64,000 nucleotides of DNA from an uncultured bacterium (GTDB lineage Bacteria > Chlamydiota > Chlamydiia > Chlamydiales > SLFE01), in assembly GCA_964584775.1 (NCBI GenBank), contig CAZPBC010000008.1, positions 1,570 through 65,569 on the forward strand. Reading direction: 5' to 3'. Position 1 is the first letter of the stretch. Each line of letters starts with the position of its first letter. Below are positions 44,531 to 53,137 of the stretch, piece by piece. The position numbers were made by a program, and so were the translations under genes. The notes under the pieces were generated by a model, which saw nothing but the letters and a program-made list of their open reading frames with translations, was not told the DNA's origin and did not search any database.

Positions 44531-45130
44531 ATGACACCACTACTTGCCGCCGCAGGAGGCACCCTCTCTTACCCAATCCAAGTGTACATCCATGAAAAAA
44601 GCCATGACCTCGCTGCCAGAGCCGTCTACCAATCCCCTCATACAGCCGTGGTTGTTCAGGGCATTCTCGGAGTGGACAGTTACTTTGAGTGCGATCACAC
44701 CGCTCCTCTCTCCCGTTTAGGAAATCTCCTAGGTAGACGCGTGAGCTTTTTGGTGGTGGTGGCCGCAGGCCCACTTGTTGAACTTGGCAGTTGCCTCGCG
44801 CTGAGTATCCTCTTTCCAGCACCCCTCACTGTCTTTGCGCTCGCTCCCGCTCTTATCCATGCCTTCACTCTTGCCATTCAACCCCTTGTGAACACGCTGA
44901 CATCGAGACCTGTCGCGCAAGATGATTATGGAAGCCTACTCGAACGTGAAGGAAAGGTTCTCTACGGCCTTTCTCTGGTTGGAACTGCAGCCCTCATTGC
45001 TAAAACAATCGAGCCACTCCTCTTGACCTACCCCCCTCTTGCCGTGCTCGGCGCAGGAGGACTCATCGTTTTGACGGCCTGTGTTTTCGTTCACAAGATG
45101 AAAAATATTCAGTATTATCAGGAAGTCTAG
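44531..45130 (+). CDS. Polytopic membrane protein with an HExxH motif (peptidase M50B-like), paralogue 2
   Basis: It has HEKSHDLAA, AAGPLVE and the conserved block ALIAKTIEPLLLTYPPLAVLG. It has the same length as paralogue 1 and a related upstream leader. Confidence 0.6.
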   Translation: MTPLLAAAGGTLSYPIQVYIHEKSHDLAARAVYQSPHTAVVVQGILGVDSYFECDHTAPLSRLGNLLGRRVSFLVVVAAGPLVELGSCLALSILFPAPLTVFALAPALIHAFTLAIQPLVNTLTSRPVAQDDYGSLLEREGKVLYGLSLVGTAALIAKTIEPLLLTYPPLAVLGAGGLIVLTACVFVHKMKNIQYYQEV

Positions 45131-45141
45131 AAAAGAAAGTT

Positions 45142-45215
45142 TGGGTCTTGAAGGACTCGAACCTTCGACCCCCTCATTAAAAGTGAGGTGCTCTAACCAA
45201 CTGAGCTAAAGACCC
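45142..45215 (-). tRNA. tRNA-Lys (anticodon UUU)
   Basis: The reverse complement GGGTCTTTAGCTCAGTTGGTTAGAGCACCTCACTTTTAATGAGGGGGTCGAAGGTTCGAGTCCTTCAAGACCCA folds as a cloverleaf with anticodon loop CTTTTAA. Confidence 0.9.
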
Positions 45216-45222
45216 AAACTGT

Positions 45223-45297
45223 TGACCCCAAGGGGATTCGAACCCCTGTTACTAGAATGAAAATCTAGTGTCCTAGGCCAGGCTAGACGATGGGGCC
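45223..45297 (-). tRNA. tRNA-Glu (anticodon UUC)
   Basis: The reverse complement GGCCCCATCGTCTAGCCTGGCCTAGGACACTAGATTTTCATTCTAGTAACAGGGGTTCGAATCCCCTTGGGGTCA closely resembles E. coli tRNA-Glu. The anticodon loop is TTTTCAT. Confidence 0.9.
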
Positions 45298-45349
45298 AGG
45301 TAACAGATGACCAATACTATACGATCTTCAGGATTTTCTCTCAACCCAT

Positions 45350-45886
45350 TTAGATGGATGAAAGTTCCTCTTCCTTCTTCCGAGCCATCTCGTCTGCTTT
45401 CTTGCAGAAGTCGTCTGTCAGCTCTTGAACTTTCTTTTCCTGATGCTTTTTATCATCCTCAGAAAGCTCTTTATCCGCCTTGATGTGGTTGTTCGCATCT
45501 TTTCGAACCTGACGGATGCTGACCTTCGTCTGCTCAAGAAGTTCTTTGATAGAACGAATCATTTTTTCACGGATCGACCCGTCCATCGGAGGAATGTTGA
45601 TGCGCACTTGGTTCCCTTCCGTGATCGGTTGGAACCCGAGATTGGCTTTTTCGATCGCTTTTCCGATGGCAGCCGAGTTGCCTGCATCGAAGGGAACAAT
45701 CAGCAGCTGCATCGGCTCAGGAACACTCACTGAGGCGAGGTCCTGAAGGCGCATGCTGGTGCCATAGACTTCCACTTTCACTCCATCCAAAATGGCTGGG
45801 TTGGCACGTCCCGTGCGGATATTCTTTAGCTCAACCTCAAAGTGCTCGAGCCCTTTTTGCATTTTCTCTTTTGTGTCATTCATCAC
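45350..45886 (-). CDS. frr: Ribosome recycling factor
   Basis: LKNIRTGRANPAILDGVKVEVYGTSMRLQDLASVSVPEPMQLLIVPFD is a typical RRF sequence. Confidence 0.95.
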   Translation of the reverse strand: MMNDTKEKMQKGLEHFEVELKNIRTGRANPAILDGVKVEVYGTSMRLQDLASVSVPEPMQLLIVPFDAGNSAAIGKAIEKANLGFQPITEGNQVRINIPPMDGSIREKMIRSIKELLEQTKVSIRQVRKDANNHIKADKELSEDDKKHQEKKVQELTDDFCKKADEMARKKEEELSSI

Positions 45887-46593
45887 TCACCTATATGTGT
45901 TCCAGACGCTTTAATCTTTTCGAAGCTTCCTTCTCCGCTGAGGAGAAGGTCCATGTTAAATACGATAATCGGAATTTCACTTTCCTGACAGAGCGTAAAA
46001 GCTGTTTGATCCATGACTTTCAGCTCTTTTTCGATGACTTGCTTAAAGCTCAGCGAATCAAAACGCTTTGCAGTGGGATCTTTCATGGGATCTTTGTCGT
46101 AGACGCCGTCCACCTTCGTCGCTTTAAGCAGAAAGTCTGCGTGGATTTCACTCGCGCGAAGAGCCGCTGCAGTATCTGTAGAGAAGAAGGGGTTCCCCGT
46201 TCCACCCACAAAGAGAAGGACATCGTTCTCCTCAAGGCGTTGGTCGATCCGCTCGTAGCGGTAACTTTCGACCACTTTCGGGCAGTCAAGAGCACTTAAA
46301 ACGGCGACCTTCAGCCCACACTCCTTAAAGAACGACTTGAGAGCCAGCCCATTCATCATCGTCGCAAGCATCCCCATATAGTCCGTTGAGATCCGTTCGA
46401 CCCCAATCTGATCGGCTTGCACACCACGACAAAAATTTCCGCCACCGACCACCATCGCGACTTGATTTCCAGTATCGACGAGTGAGCGAACGGCTGTAGC
46501 AACTTGACGGCAGATAGAGGGATCAAAAGGAGAGTCACTCTCTCCTTTCAAGACTTCTCCAGAAATTTTTAAAAGTAGGCGGCGTTTTGTCAT
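45883..46593 (-). CDS. pyrH: UMP kinase
   Basis: The motifs LLLKISGEVL, VVGGGNFCRG and FSTDTAAALRA are present. Confidence 0.95.
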   Translation of the reverse strand: MTKRRLLLKISGEVLKGESDSPFDPSICRQVATAVRSLVDTGNQVAMVVGGGNFCRGVQADQIGVERISTDYMGMLATMMNGLALKSFFKECGLKVAVLSALDCPKVVESYRYERIDQRLEENDVLLFVGGTGNPFFSTDTAAALRASEIHADFLLKATKVDGVYDKDPMKDPTAKRFDSLSFKQVIEKELKVMDQTAFTLCQESEIPIIVFNMDLLLSGEGSFEKIKASGTHIGE

Positions 46594-46602
46594 TGATCAA
46601 AC

Positions 46603-46633
46603 CTAAAAAAAAGCACCTCCAGAAGAGGTGCTT
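46603..46633 (-). terminator. Rho-independent terminator downstream of tsf
   Basis: On the minus strand the hairpin is AAGCACCTC-ttctg-GAGGTGCTT (a 9-bp perfect stem), followed by a U-run of about 8. Confidence 0.8.
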
Positions 46634-46642
46634 TGACGTAAG

Positions 46643-47491
46643 TTAACCTTCGCCGATGTTCCAGCGGAGGAAGTTGACAACCTTCAGAGGCGATCCGCTC
46701 TCTTTGGCGTTCTTCTCAACAAACTGAGCAACGGTGACGCTATCGTCTTTGATGAACTTTTGGTTCAACAGACAGATTTGGTCGTAGAAAGCGCGGAGCT
46801 TTCCTTCGATGATCTTGTCGATGATGTTTGCAGGCTTTCCTTCTACCTGACCACGAGCGACATCTTTCTCGCGCTCGACGATCTCAGAAGGAACCTTTTC
46901 AGGAGACAGATATTCAGGAGCCGTCGCAGCTGCATGCATCGCCACATCCTTGGCAACTTGCTCTGCCTGATCAGAACCTTCAATCTCGACTACCGTGACG
47001 ATCTTTCCACCAAGGTGTGAGTAGACACCGAAAGATTTGTTCGGAGCCTTCTCAAAAGTGATCACACGCTTTACCTGGATGTTCTCACCAATCGCTTGAA
47101 CGATGGTAGTACGGTAGTCTTCAATTGTCATTGAAGGGTCTTTAGAGAGCTTCTGCGCAAGGAAGCTTTCGAGGTCAGCAGGATTGCTCTTTGCAGCCTC
47201 ATTCACCACGTCGTTCAAGAACTCAACAAAGCGCTCGTTATTGGCAACGAAGTCGGTCTCTGCAGCCACTTCAACGACTGCGATGGTCGAGCCATTCTCA
47301 GCAAAAGCGATCTTTCCTTCTTTCGCTTCACGGCCCGCTTTTTTCACGGCAGAAGCAGCACCCTGCTTTCTGAGGAAGCTAATCGCCTCTTCGACGCTGC
47401 CACCTGAAGCTTCGAGAGCCTCTTTACACTTGGTCATCCCCACGCCTGTGCGGTCGCGGAGCTCTTTTACCATTGCTGCTGTAATCGTCAT
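46643..47491 (-). CDS. tsf: Elongation factor Ts
   Basis: The N-terminus is ITAAMVKELRDRTGVGMTKCKEALEASGGSVEEAISFLRKQG. Confidence 0.95.
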   Translation of the reverse strand: MTITAAMVKELRDRTGVGMTKCKEALEASGGSVEEAISFLRKQGAASAVKKAGREAKEGKIAFAENGSTIAVVEVAAETDFVANNERFVEFLNDVVNEAAKSNPADLESFLAQKLSKDPSMTIEDYRTTIVQAIGENIQVKRVITFEKAPNKSFGVYSHLGGKIVTVVEIEGSDQAEQVAKDVAMHAAATAPEYLSPEKVPSEIVEREKDVARGQVEGKPANIIDKIIEGKLRAFYDQICLLNQKFIKDDSVTVAQFVEKNAKESGSPLKVVNFLRWNIGEG

Positions 47492-48300
47492 GACTTCACT
47501 CCTTCGCTGACAGTTTCATTTTTCGCTTCTTCTAGAGCAGGCTCTGCATTCACCGCAGGCTTCTCTTCCGTATCGTCTTTTCTTCCCTCAGAGATACGAA
47601 GAGCGTTTTTCTCTTCGACAATCGCTGAAGCAAGGGCGAAAACAATCAACTTCACACTCTTTAGAGCGTCATCGTTACAAGCAATGATGTGATCGATGGG
47701 ATCAGGATCACAGTTGGTGTCGATGAGACCTAGAACCGGGATACCGAGCTTGTTTGCTTCGGCAACTGCAATGTGCTCTTTCATTGGATCGACCACAATC
47801 ACGAGTCCTGGAGGCTTTCTCATCGCACGAATTCCAGAAAGGTTTTTTTCAAGCTTCTCTTGCTGTTTCGAAAGCAGAGTCAGCTCTTTCTTCGTCAATC
47901 CCTCGTCGACGCTGGTCAAGCGCTTCTCGTTGCGCTCTAGCTTCTTCACAGACTGGCGTACTGTCGAGAGGTTGGTGAGCATCCCACCGAGCCAGCGCTC
48001 AGCAACGTAAAACTCACCGCAGAACTCAGCCGCCTCGCGGATGACTTCTTTCGCCTGTTTCTTTGTTCCTACGAAAAGGATCGACTGGTGGTTTCTAGCC
48101 ACCTCTTTGACCACCTCAGCTGCCTCGCGGATCTGCTGAAGGGTTTTCGCGAGGTCAATGATGTAGAGACCATTTCTCGCTTCAAAAATGTAACGTTTCA
48201 TTTTTGGGTTCCAGCGCGATGTCTGGTGACCCCAGTGAACACCTGCCTCTAAGAGGTCTTTGATGGTCACTTCTTTATAAGATTTTTCTTTTTCGCTCAT
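47488..48300 (-). CDS. rpsB: 30S ribosomal protein S2
   Basis: The motifs LLEAGVHWGHQTSRWNPKM, ILFVGTKKQA and ERWLGGMLTN are present. Confidence 0.95.
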   Translation of the reverse strand: MSEKEKSYKEVTIKDLLEAGVHWGHQTSRWNPKMKRYIFEARNGLYIIDLAKTLQQIREAAEVVKEVARNHQSILFVGTKKQAKEVIREAAEFCGEFYVAERWLGGMLTNLSTVRQSVKKLERNEKRLTSVDEGLTKKELTLLSKQQEKLEKNLSGIRAMRKPPGLVIVVDPMKEHIAVAEANKLGIPVLGLIDTNCDPDPIDHIIACNDDALKSVKLIVFALASAIVEEKNALRISEGRKDDTEEKPAVNAEPALEEAKNETVSEGVKS

Positions 48301-48341
48301 ACCAAGCCTTGTCCCTTTGACAAATTTGATTTACAGACGGC

Positions 48342-48371
48342 ATCTCTCCGAGGAAGCTCCTCGGCATGAGA
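48342..48371 (-). other. Imperfect hairpin in the rpsB 5' leader region
   Basis: The structure is ATCTC-t-CCGAGGA-agc-TCCTCGG-cat-GAGAT, lying 42-71 nt upstream of the rpsB start. Its function is unknown. Confidence 0.25.
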
Positions 48372-48693
48372 TTTCGGTCTTGGGGTTTAATCGTGGAAAA
48401 AGGATACCAAATCTTTGGATTTATGGGAATGCCTTCTAGCTTGGAATGGGTTAGCTTTTTTCCGGATTGCGGCGCGGACTTTTAGCATACTTTGAGCGGA
48501 TCCCCCTTCTTGGGACGAAAGGTGGAGGAGTTTTGGGAATTTTTCCGCCAAATTCACAAATTTTTTTCGGATTATTATTTTTTCGCCGCAGGGAAACCCC
48601 TCAATGGGGTTTGTCAAAGAAAAAAAGGGGAAAAGAGCGGAAAATTTGAGTGGAGTTGAGCGAAAAAATCCCAAACCCACTCGATCGGAAAAA

Positions 48694-48764
48694 AGCGCCT
48701 GATCAGAATCGAACTGACACTCGTAGCTTGGAAGGCTACTGTTCTACCATTGAACTACAGGCGC
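48694..48764 (-). tRNA. tRNA-Gly (anticodon UCC)
   Basis: The reverse complement GCGCCTGTAGTTCAATGGTAGAACAGTAGCCTTCCAAGCTACGAGTGTCAGTTCGATTCTGATCAGGCGCT folds as a cloverleaf with anticodon loop CTTCCAA. Confidence 0.9.
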
Positions 48765-48866
48765 ATTCGTAGACAACGGCATGAATTATCGGCGAAAGAG
48801 GGAATTTCCTGCAAGGTTCCATTGTCCAAAATGCGCTGGAGCTCTATATTAAACGGAGTCATTTTT

Positions 48867-48939
48867 GGGGCGTTAGCTCAGTTGGTAGAGCGCAACAATG
48901 GCATTGTTGAGGTCAGCGGTTCGACCCCGCTACGCTCCA
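48867..48939 (+). tRNA. tRNA-Ala (anticodon GGC)
   Basis: GGGGCGTTAGCTCAGTTGGTAGAGCGCAACAATGGCATTGTTGAGGTCAGCGGTTCGACCCCGCTACGCTCCA carries the G3:U70 identity pair. The anticodon loop is ATGGCAT. Confidence 0.9.
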
Positions 48940-49712
48940 ATCCCAAAAAACTTTTTCGCATTTTGTGAGGTGATGGCTGCAAAGTCATCGAAAGAGAGTC
49001 CACGCAGTTCAGCGAGGACCTTTGCTGTATCTGGCAGGTAGGAAGGCTCATTGCGCTTGCCGCGGACAGGCTGGGGAGCGAGATAGGGCGAGTCTGTCTC
49101 AATGAACATCTGCTCGAGAGGAACAAGGCGCGCCACTTCACGGAGCTCCTCACTCTTTTTGTAAGTCACAATGCCGGAGAAGGAGATGTTCCACCCTTTT
49201 TCTATCAACACTTTCGCCTCTTCTACCGTCCCTGTAAAGCAGTGGAGGACACCCGGAAGCCAACGGCCCCCTTCGCTGTAGTGGGCCTCGAGAACCTCAA
49301 AGAGGTCTTCAAAAGCATCACGGCAGTGGATGACAATCGGTAAATCGCACTCACGAGCCAGGGCGAGATACTTTTTAAAATAGTGGATCTGGATCTCTCG
49401 GGTCTCTTTCCAGTAGTAGTAGTCGAGACCGGTTTCACCAACAGCAACAATCTGCTTTTCTCGAGCTACTTTTTCAATCAGAGGGAAAACCTCCTCCCCT
49501 TCGATATGCACATCGTGTGGAGTGGTGGAGGCGACATTGTAAAAGTTTGGATACCCTTTTCGAACTTGGATGCCACGCTCGAGCGTGCTCTTGTTGGTGC
49601 AGATGTTGACGACCGTCTCCACACCGACGCTTTTCGCGCGGGCGAGGAGCTGGTCAATCTCTGGATAGAGATCATCCGAAGTCAAATGGGCGTGTGAGTC
49701 GACAAGGGTCAT
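48930..49712 (-). CDS. tatD: TatD-family metal-dependent hydrolase/DNase
   Basis: The motifs MTLVDSHAHL, VGETGLDYYY, PIVIHCRDA, HCFTG and IETDSPYLAP are present. Confidence 0.9.
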   Translation of the reverse strand: MTLVDSHAHLTSDDLYPEIDQLLARAKSVGVETVVNICTNKSTLERGIQVRKGYPNFYNVASTTPHDVHIEGEEVFPLIEKVAREKQIVAVGETGLDYYYWKETREIQIHYFKKYLALARECDLPIVIHCRDAFEDLFEVLEAHYSEGGRWLPGVLHCFTGTVEEAKVLIEKGWNISFSGIVTYKKSEELREVARLVPLEQMFIETDSPYLAPQPVRGKRNEPSYLPDTAKVLAELRGLSFDDFAAITSQNAKKFFGIGA

Positions 49713-51808
49713 TGTTCAATTTTTTGTAGAGCGTCGATCACCACACCTTTGGTCAAGAGCTGAGGAAGGATCTCCTCTTCTCCATTTGGTCCATAGAGGA
49801 CATAAAGAGGAACGCTGCTCCGCCCATGCTTCTTGAGCTCGGCGGTGATCTCAGGATCGTTCTTCGTCCAGTCGGCGAGCATTTTCACAACGCCGGCATC
49901 TTTGAGAGCCTGCTTCACCTCTGAGGTCTCGAGCACTCCGAAATTGGTCTGGCATGTCAGGCACCAGCTAGCGGTAAAGTCAATGAGAACCGGAATCTTT
50001 TTCGCGCGGAGTTCCTCCAGTTTCTCTTTTGAGAAAGGAACCCACTGAGTCGGGTTCTTTTGCATCTCTTCCACATCCAACATCGCCACCAGCTCAAAGT
50101 TGTCTTGAGAAGGAAGATGTGTGGCTTTCACAATCGTATAAAAGCTGAGGCAAGAAAGCAGAAGCGTGACCACATAAGAGGCGTAGCGCACGCGGGGCTT
50201 TTTGATCGGCGTAGACCACTTTCCAAAAACCCAGAAGGCCAAAGAAAAGAGCAGAAGCGCTCCGAGGAAGAGCGAAAGCGCCGACGCGCCCGTTTGCATT
50301 CCAAAAACCCAAACAAGCCAAACCACCGTCGCCATCATGCAGAAGCCCATGATCTCCTTAAAGGTGATCATCCAGTTTCCTGGACGTGGGAAAAAGCGTA
50401 CGAGGGCTGGAAAGAGAGAGATCAGCAAGAAAGGAGCTGCCATCCCTAAACCCAGTGCAGTAAAGATCATCATCGCAGGTAGAGCTGGAAGCGTCACAGC
50501 AAAGCCCACGGCAGAACCGAGGAACGGCCCTGTACAGGGAGTTGCCACAGCGGTCGCAAGGACCCCACTCATGAACGCTCCGAGGGAATCGTTTCCTCCT
50601 TTTTTAGTGTCACTCTCCTTCTGTCCTGCCCAAGCACTGACAGAGGTTCCGAGTTCAAAGACACCAAAAAGACTGAGTGCAAAGATGAAGATCAAACTCG
50701 CGAGGAGCGCCACAAAAATCGGCTCTTGGAGCTGAAAGCCCCAACCGACAATCGCACCCGAAGCGCGGAGGATCAAGAGCCCTCCTGCAAGCGTCCAAAA
50801 CGAAATCAAAACACCTGCTGTAAAGAAGAGTCCATGACGGAGAATTTTAAAGCGGCTCTCTCCGGAAAGCTTCACTAAGCTAAAGACCTTCAGCGAGAGA
50901 ACAGGTAAAACGCAGGGCATTAAGTTGAGGATCACTCCTCCAAGAAAGGCAAAGAGAAGTGCCATCCAAAAGCTTTGGTCCCCGAAGCCGGCCGCTGCTT
51001 TTGCATTGGGGTTCGCATCAATCTCAAAGACCGTTCCAGGGTGGCCTGCCTCATCGGCAAGAACCAGGAGTCCTTTCATTGAAGAGTCATTGAGCGCAGA
51101 GATGTCTTTCAGGCCCATCGAAAAGCTCTTTCCATTTTCATGAACGGCAAGCTCACTGCCCTCTTCGACCACACCCGACATTTCAGGGTAGAAGTACACT
51201 TTTGAGTAACGGCTCGATATATCCAGGTGAAGAACCAGTTCTTGGTCTTTGGTCTCGACAAGGACGTCAGGAAGCGCCAAGGGAATACGTCGACGCGCTT
51301 TGCGGAAGCTGTGGAGTGTTGCGCGAGAAGCAACGAGTTTATCAGAGACGGGAAGCTCTACGGTCACCTTTGCCTCTCCTGGAAGGCACTCAGAATCAGA
51401 GCAAACAAGCCAGCTCACCGTTGCAGAAATCTCTTGCATCTGGTCTTCAGCAAGTTCGCTCGGAGGAATCACTTCCGCCATCAGTAACAACTGACCATGG
51501 TACGTATACGCAAGCTGCTCCTGGAGTTCGATCATCTCTGGGTAAGGCCATTTCAACTCTCCTACCTGATATCCCTCTGGCAGATTCCACTTAACCTCCG
51601 TCGGAAAGCCGTTCGCACCTGGGTTTTTCCAGTAGGCATGCCAACCCTCTTCCAAGTCTAGCTGAACAGCAACCCAGAAAGGCTCGCCAGGACGAATGGC
51701 GTCCACTTCACTGAGCAGGGTGGTTTCTACGGGGGATGCGACCTCGTTAGCAAAGAGGGCAAAAGGCAGCGCAAAAAGACAAATACATAATAGAGAAAGC
51801 TTTCTCAT
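49709..51808 (-). CDS. dsbD: Thiol:disulfide interchange protein DsbD
   Basis: It has a signal peptide, an N-terminal DsbD-alpha-like domain, a TM core with LMPCVLPVL and ATPCTGPFLG, and a C-terminal thioredoxin domain with the WCLTC motif. Confidence 0.9.
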   Translation of the reverse strand: MRKLSLLCICLFALPFALFANEVASPVETTLLSEVDAIRPGEPFWVAVQLDLEEGWHAYWKNPGANGFPTEVKWNLPEGYQVGELKWPYPEMIELQEQLAYTYHGQLLLMAEVIPPSELAEDQMQEISATVSWLVCSDSECLPGEAKVTVELPVSDKLVASRATLHSFRKARRRIPLALPDVLVETKDQELVLHLDISSRYSKVYFYPEMSGVVEEGSELAVHENGKSFSMGLKDISALNDSSMKGLLVLADEAGHPGTVFEIDANPNAKAAAGFGDQSFWMALLFAFLGGVILNLMPCVLPVLSLKVFSLVKLSGESRFKILRHGLFFTAGVLISFWTLAGGLLILRASGAIVGWGFQLQEPIFVALLASLIFIFALSLFGVFELGTSVSAWAGQKESDTKKGGNDSLGAFMSGVLATAVATPCTGPFLGSAVGFAVTLPALPAMMIFTALGLGMAAPFLLISLFPALVRFFPRPGNWMITFKEIMGFCMMATVVWLVWVFGMQTGASALSLFLGALLLFSLAFWVFGKWSTPIKKPRVRYASYVVTLLLSCLSFYTIVKATHLPSQDNFELVAMLDVEEMQKNPTQWVPFSKEKLEELRAKKIPVLIDFTASWCLTCQTNFGVLETSEVKQALKDAGVVKMLADWTKNDPEITAELKKHGRSSVPLYVLYGPNGEEEILPQLLTKGVVIDALQKIEQ

Positions 51809-51982
51809 CCATTTCCTTCCATTTTTTCAAAAACTGAATAACTATTGTACCACACTTCAAGTTGAATCTCAACCTTCCTCATCCACTCTTTTACCAAACC
51901 CCATTTATTTAGATTTGAATAAGAATAATTTAATATTAGTAATGTTATAAATAATTATTAAAAAATATATTATAATTAATTT

Positions 51983-53113
51983 ATGGAAATTGGACCAAAA
52001 ACAAATGGTGGGCCTTCAGAAAGGCCTCAGCCCCCAGCTGAGAGCAGCTCATCCTCCATCCCCTCTTCCATCACCAAGACACGGTCCGCAGCCCGTCGCG
52101 CTTTAGAGCGCAGTGGGTATCATATCCAAGTGAAAGAGGGTCAAGATAAGAAAACTGCACTTAGGGAACAACTCGGAGCCAGGTTACGACGTCTAGGGCC
52201 CGATGAGGCCTTAAAAGTCCATCTCACTGGCCATAAGTACTTGATGATGTTTTCCGATGGAAAGCTCTCCTATTTCAACTACGGCGGGAAGAGCAGAAAG
52301 ATGCGAAAGGGAGGATATGGGCATGTGCGGAAAGCGGAAAAAGCCTCTGGCGAGAGCCTTGCGATCAAAACGCCTCGCAAGAAGGGGCTCAGTCGAGAGA
52401 CTCAAATCTATGCAAAAATGGACACCGAAAATGAAGCCGCATTGCTTCAGAAAATCCATCAAGACGGACCCATCAGAGGGATTCAGAAAGCTCCGAAAAA
52501 AATCACCATCCATCATGGACAAAAAAAGAAAAAAATCGGCCTTCTAGGTCCCCTCTACGCGGGAAATGGGAAAGATTTGCGGAGCGATTCCTCCTTCTCT
52601 ACCCAACCCCTCAAAGAAAAGTTGCGTTACCTGGAACCGCTTTTTTTTGGTCTAAACGACATCCACGGAAAAAACATTCACCATGGGGACATCCGCCCAT
52701 CCAATACCCTATACGATGAACAAGGTCCCGTCATTGGGGACTTCGGCGGCGCCCGCGAAGGAAGAACTGCTTTTTCGTATACTCAAGGCTATCGTCACCC
52801 AGAACGTCTTCTTTCCACCTCTGGCCAAAATGCCCTAATAGAAGGACAAAAAAACGATGTCTACGCCCTCGCTGCAACGATTGTAGACCTACTCGATGGA
52901 GAGTCTTCAGAAGTCCATATCGAAACCACTCAACCGAATGAGATCCGTGATCAACTCACCGCAGCCCACGAAAAGCTCCAGGAAAGGATAGAACAGCTCT
53001 CTTCAAATCCAGAAGCACCCGGTTTAAAGCAGCTCCTCCTCGATATGACTTCCCTGAAAGGAATGACCGCTGCCGAGGCACACGAAAGACTCACAAAGAT
53101 CCTCGACGGATAA
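51983..53113 (+). CDS. Eukaryotic-like protein kinase-fold protein with a disordered Ser/Pro-rich N-terminus, putative secreted effector
   Basis: The kinase motifs are GGYGHVRKA (G-loop), LAIKTP (Lys), HHGDIRPSN (catalytic loop) and IGDFGGA (DFG). It is preceded by an ~85-nt almost pure A/T stretch. Confidence 0.65.
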   Translation: MEIGPKTNGGPSERPQPPAESSSSSIPSSITKTRSAARRALERSGYHIQVKEGQDKKTALREQLGARLRRLGPDEALKVHLTGHKYLMMFSDGKLSYFNYGGKSRKMRKGGYGHVRKAEKASGESLAIKTPRKKGLSRETQIYAKMDTENEAALLQKIHQDGPIRGIQKAPKKITIHHGQKKKKIGLLGPLYAGNGKDLRSDSSFSTQPLKEKLRYLEPLFFGLNDIHGKNIHHGDIRPSNTLYDEQGPVIGDFGGAREGRTAFSYTQGYRHPERLLSTSGQNALIEGQKNDVYALAATIVDLLDGESSEVHIETTQPNEIRDQLTAAHEKLQERIEQLSSNPEAPGLKQLLLDMTSLKGMTAAEAHERLTKILDG

Positions 53114-53137
53114 AGTTTTGGGGAGTATGATGCTTCC

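Noticed and set aside
48387-48680. A 97-codon ORF (-) and a 60-codon ORF (+, 48467-48649) in the rpsB upstream region
   Set aside because: They have no RBS and a low-complexity composition (Phe/Lys/Gly runs arising from poly-A/T tracts). They lie within a region better explained as a leader or promoter.
48750-48968. A 72-codon ORF spanning tRNA-Ala
   Set aside because: It is explained entirely by the tRNA-Ala gene and flanking spacer.
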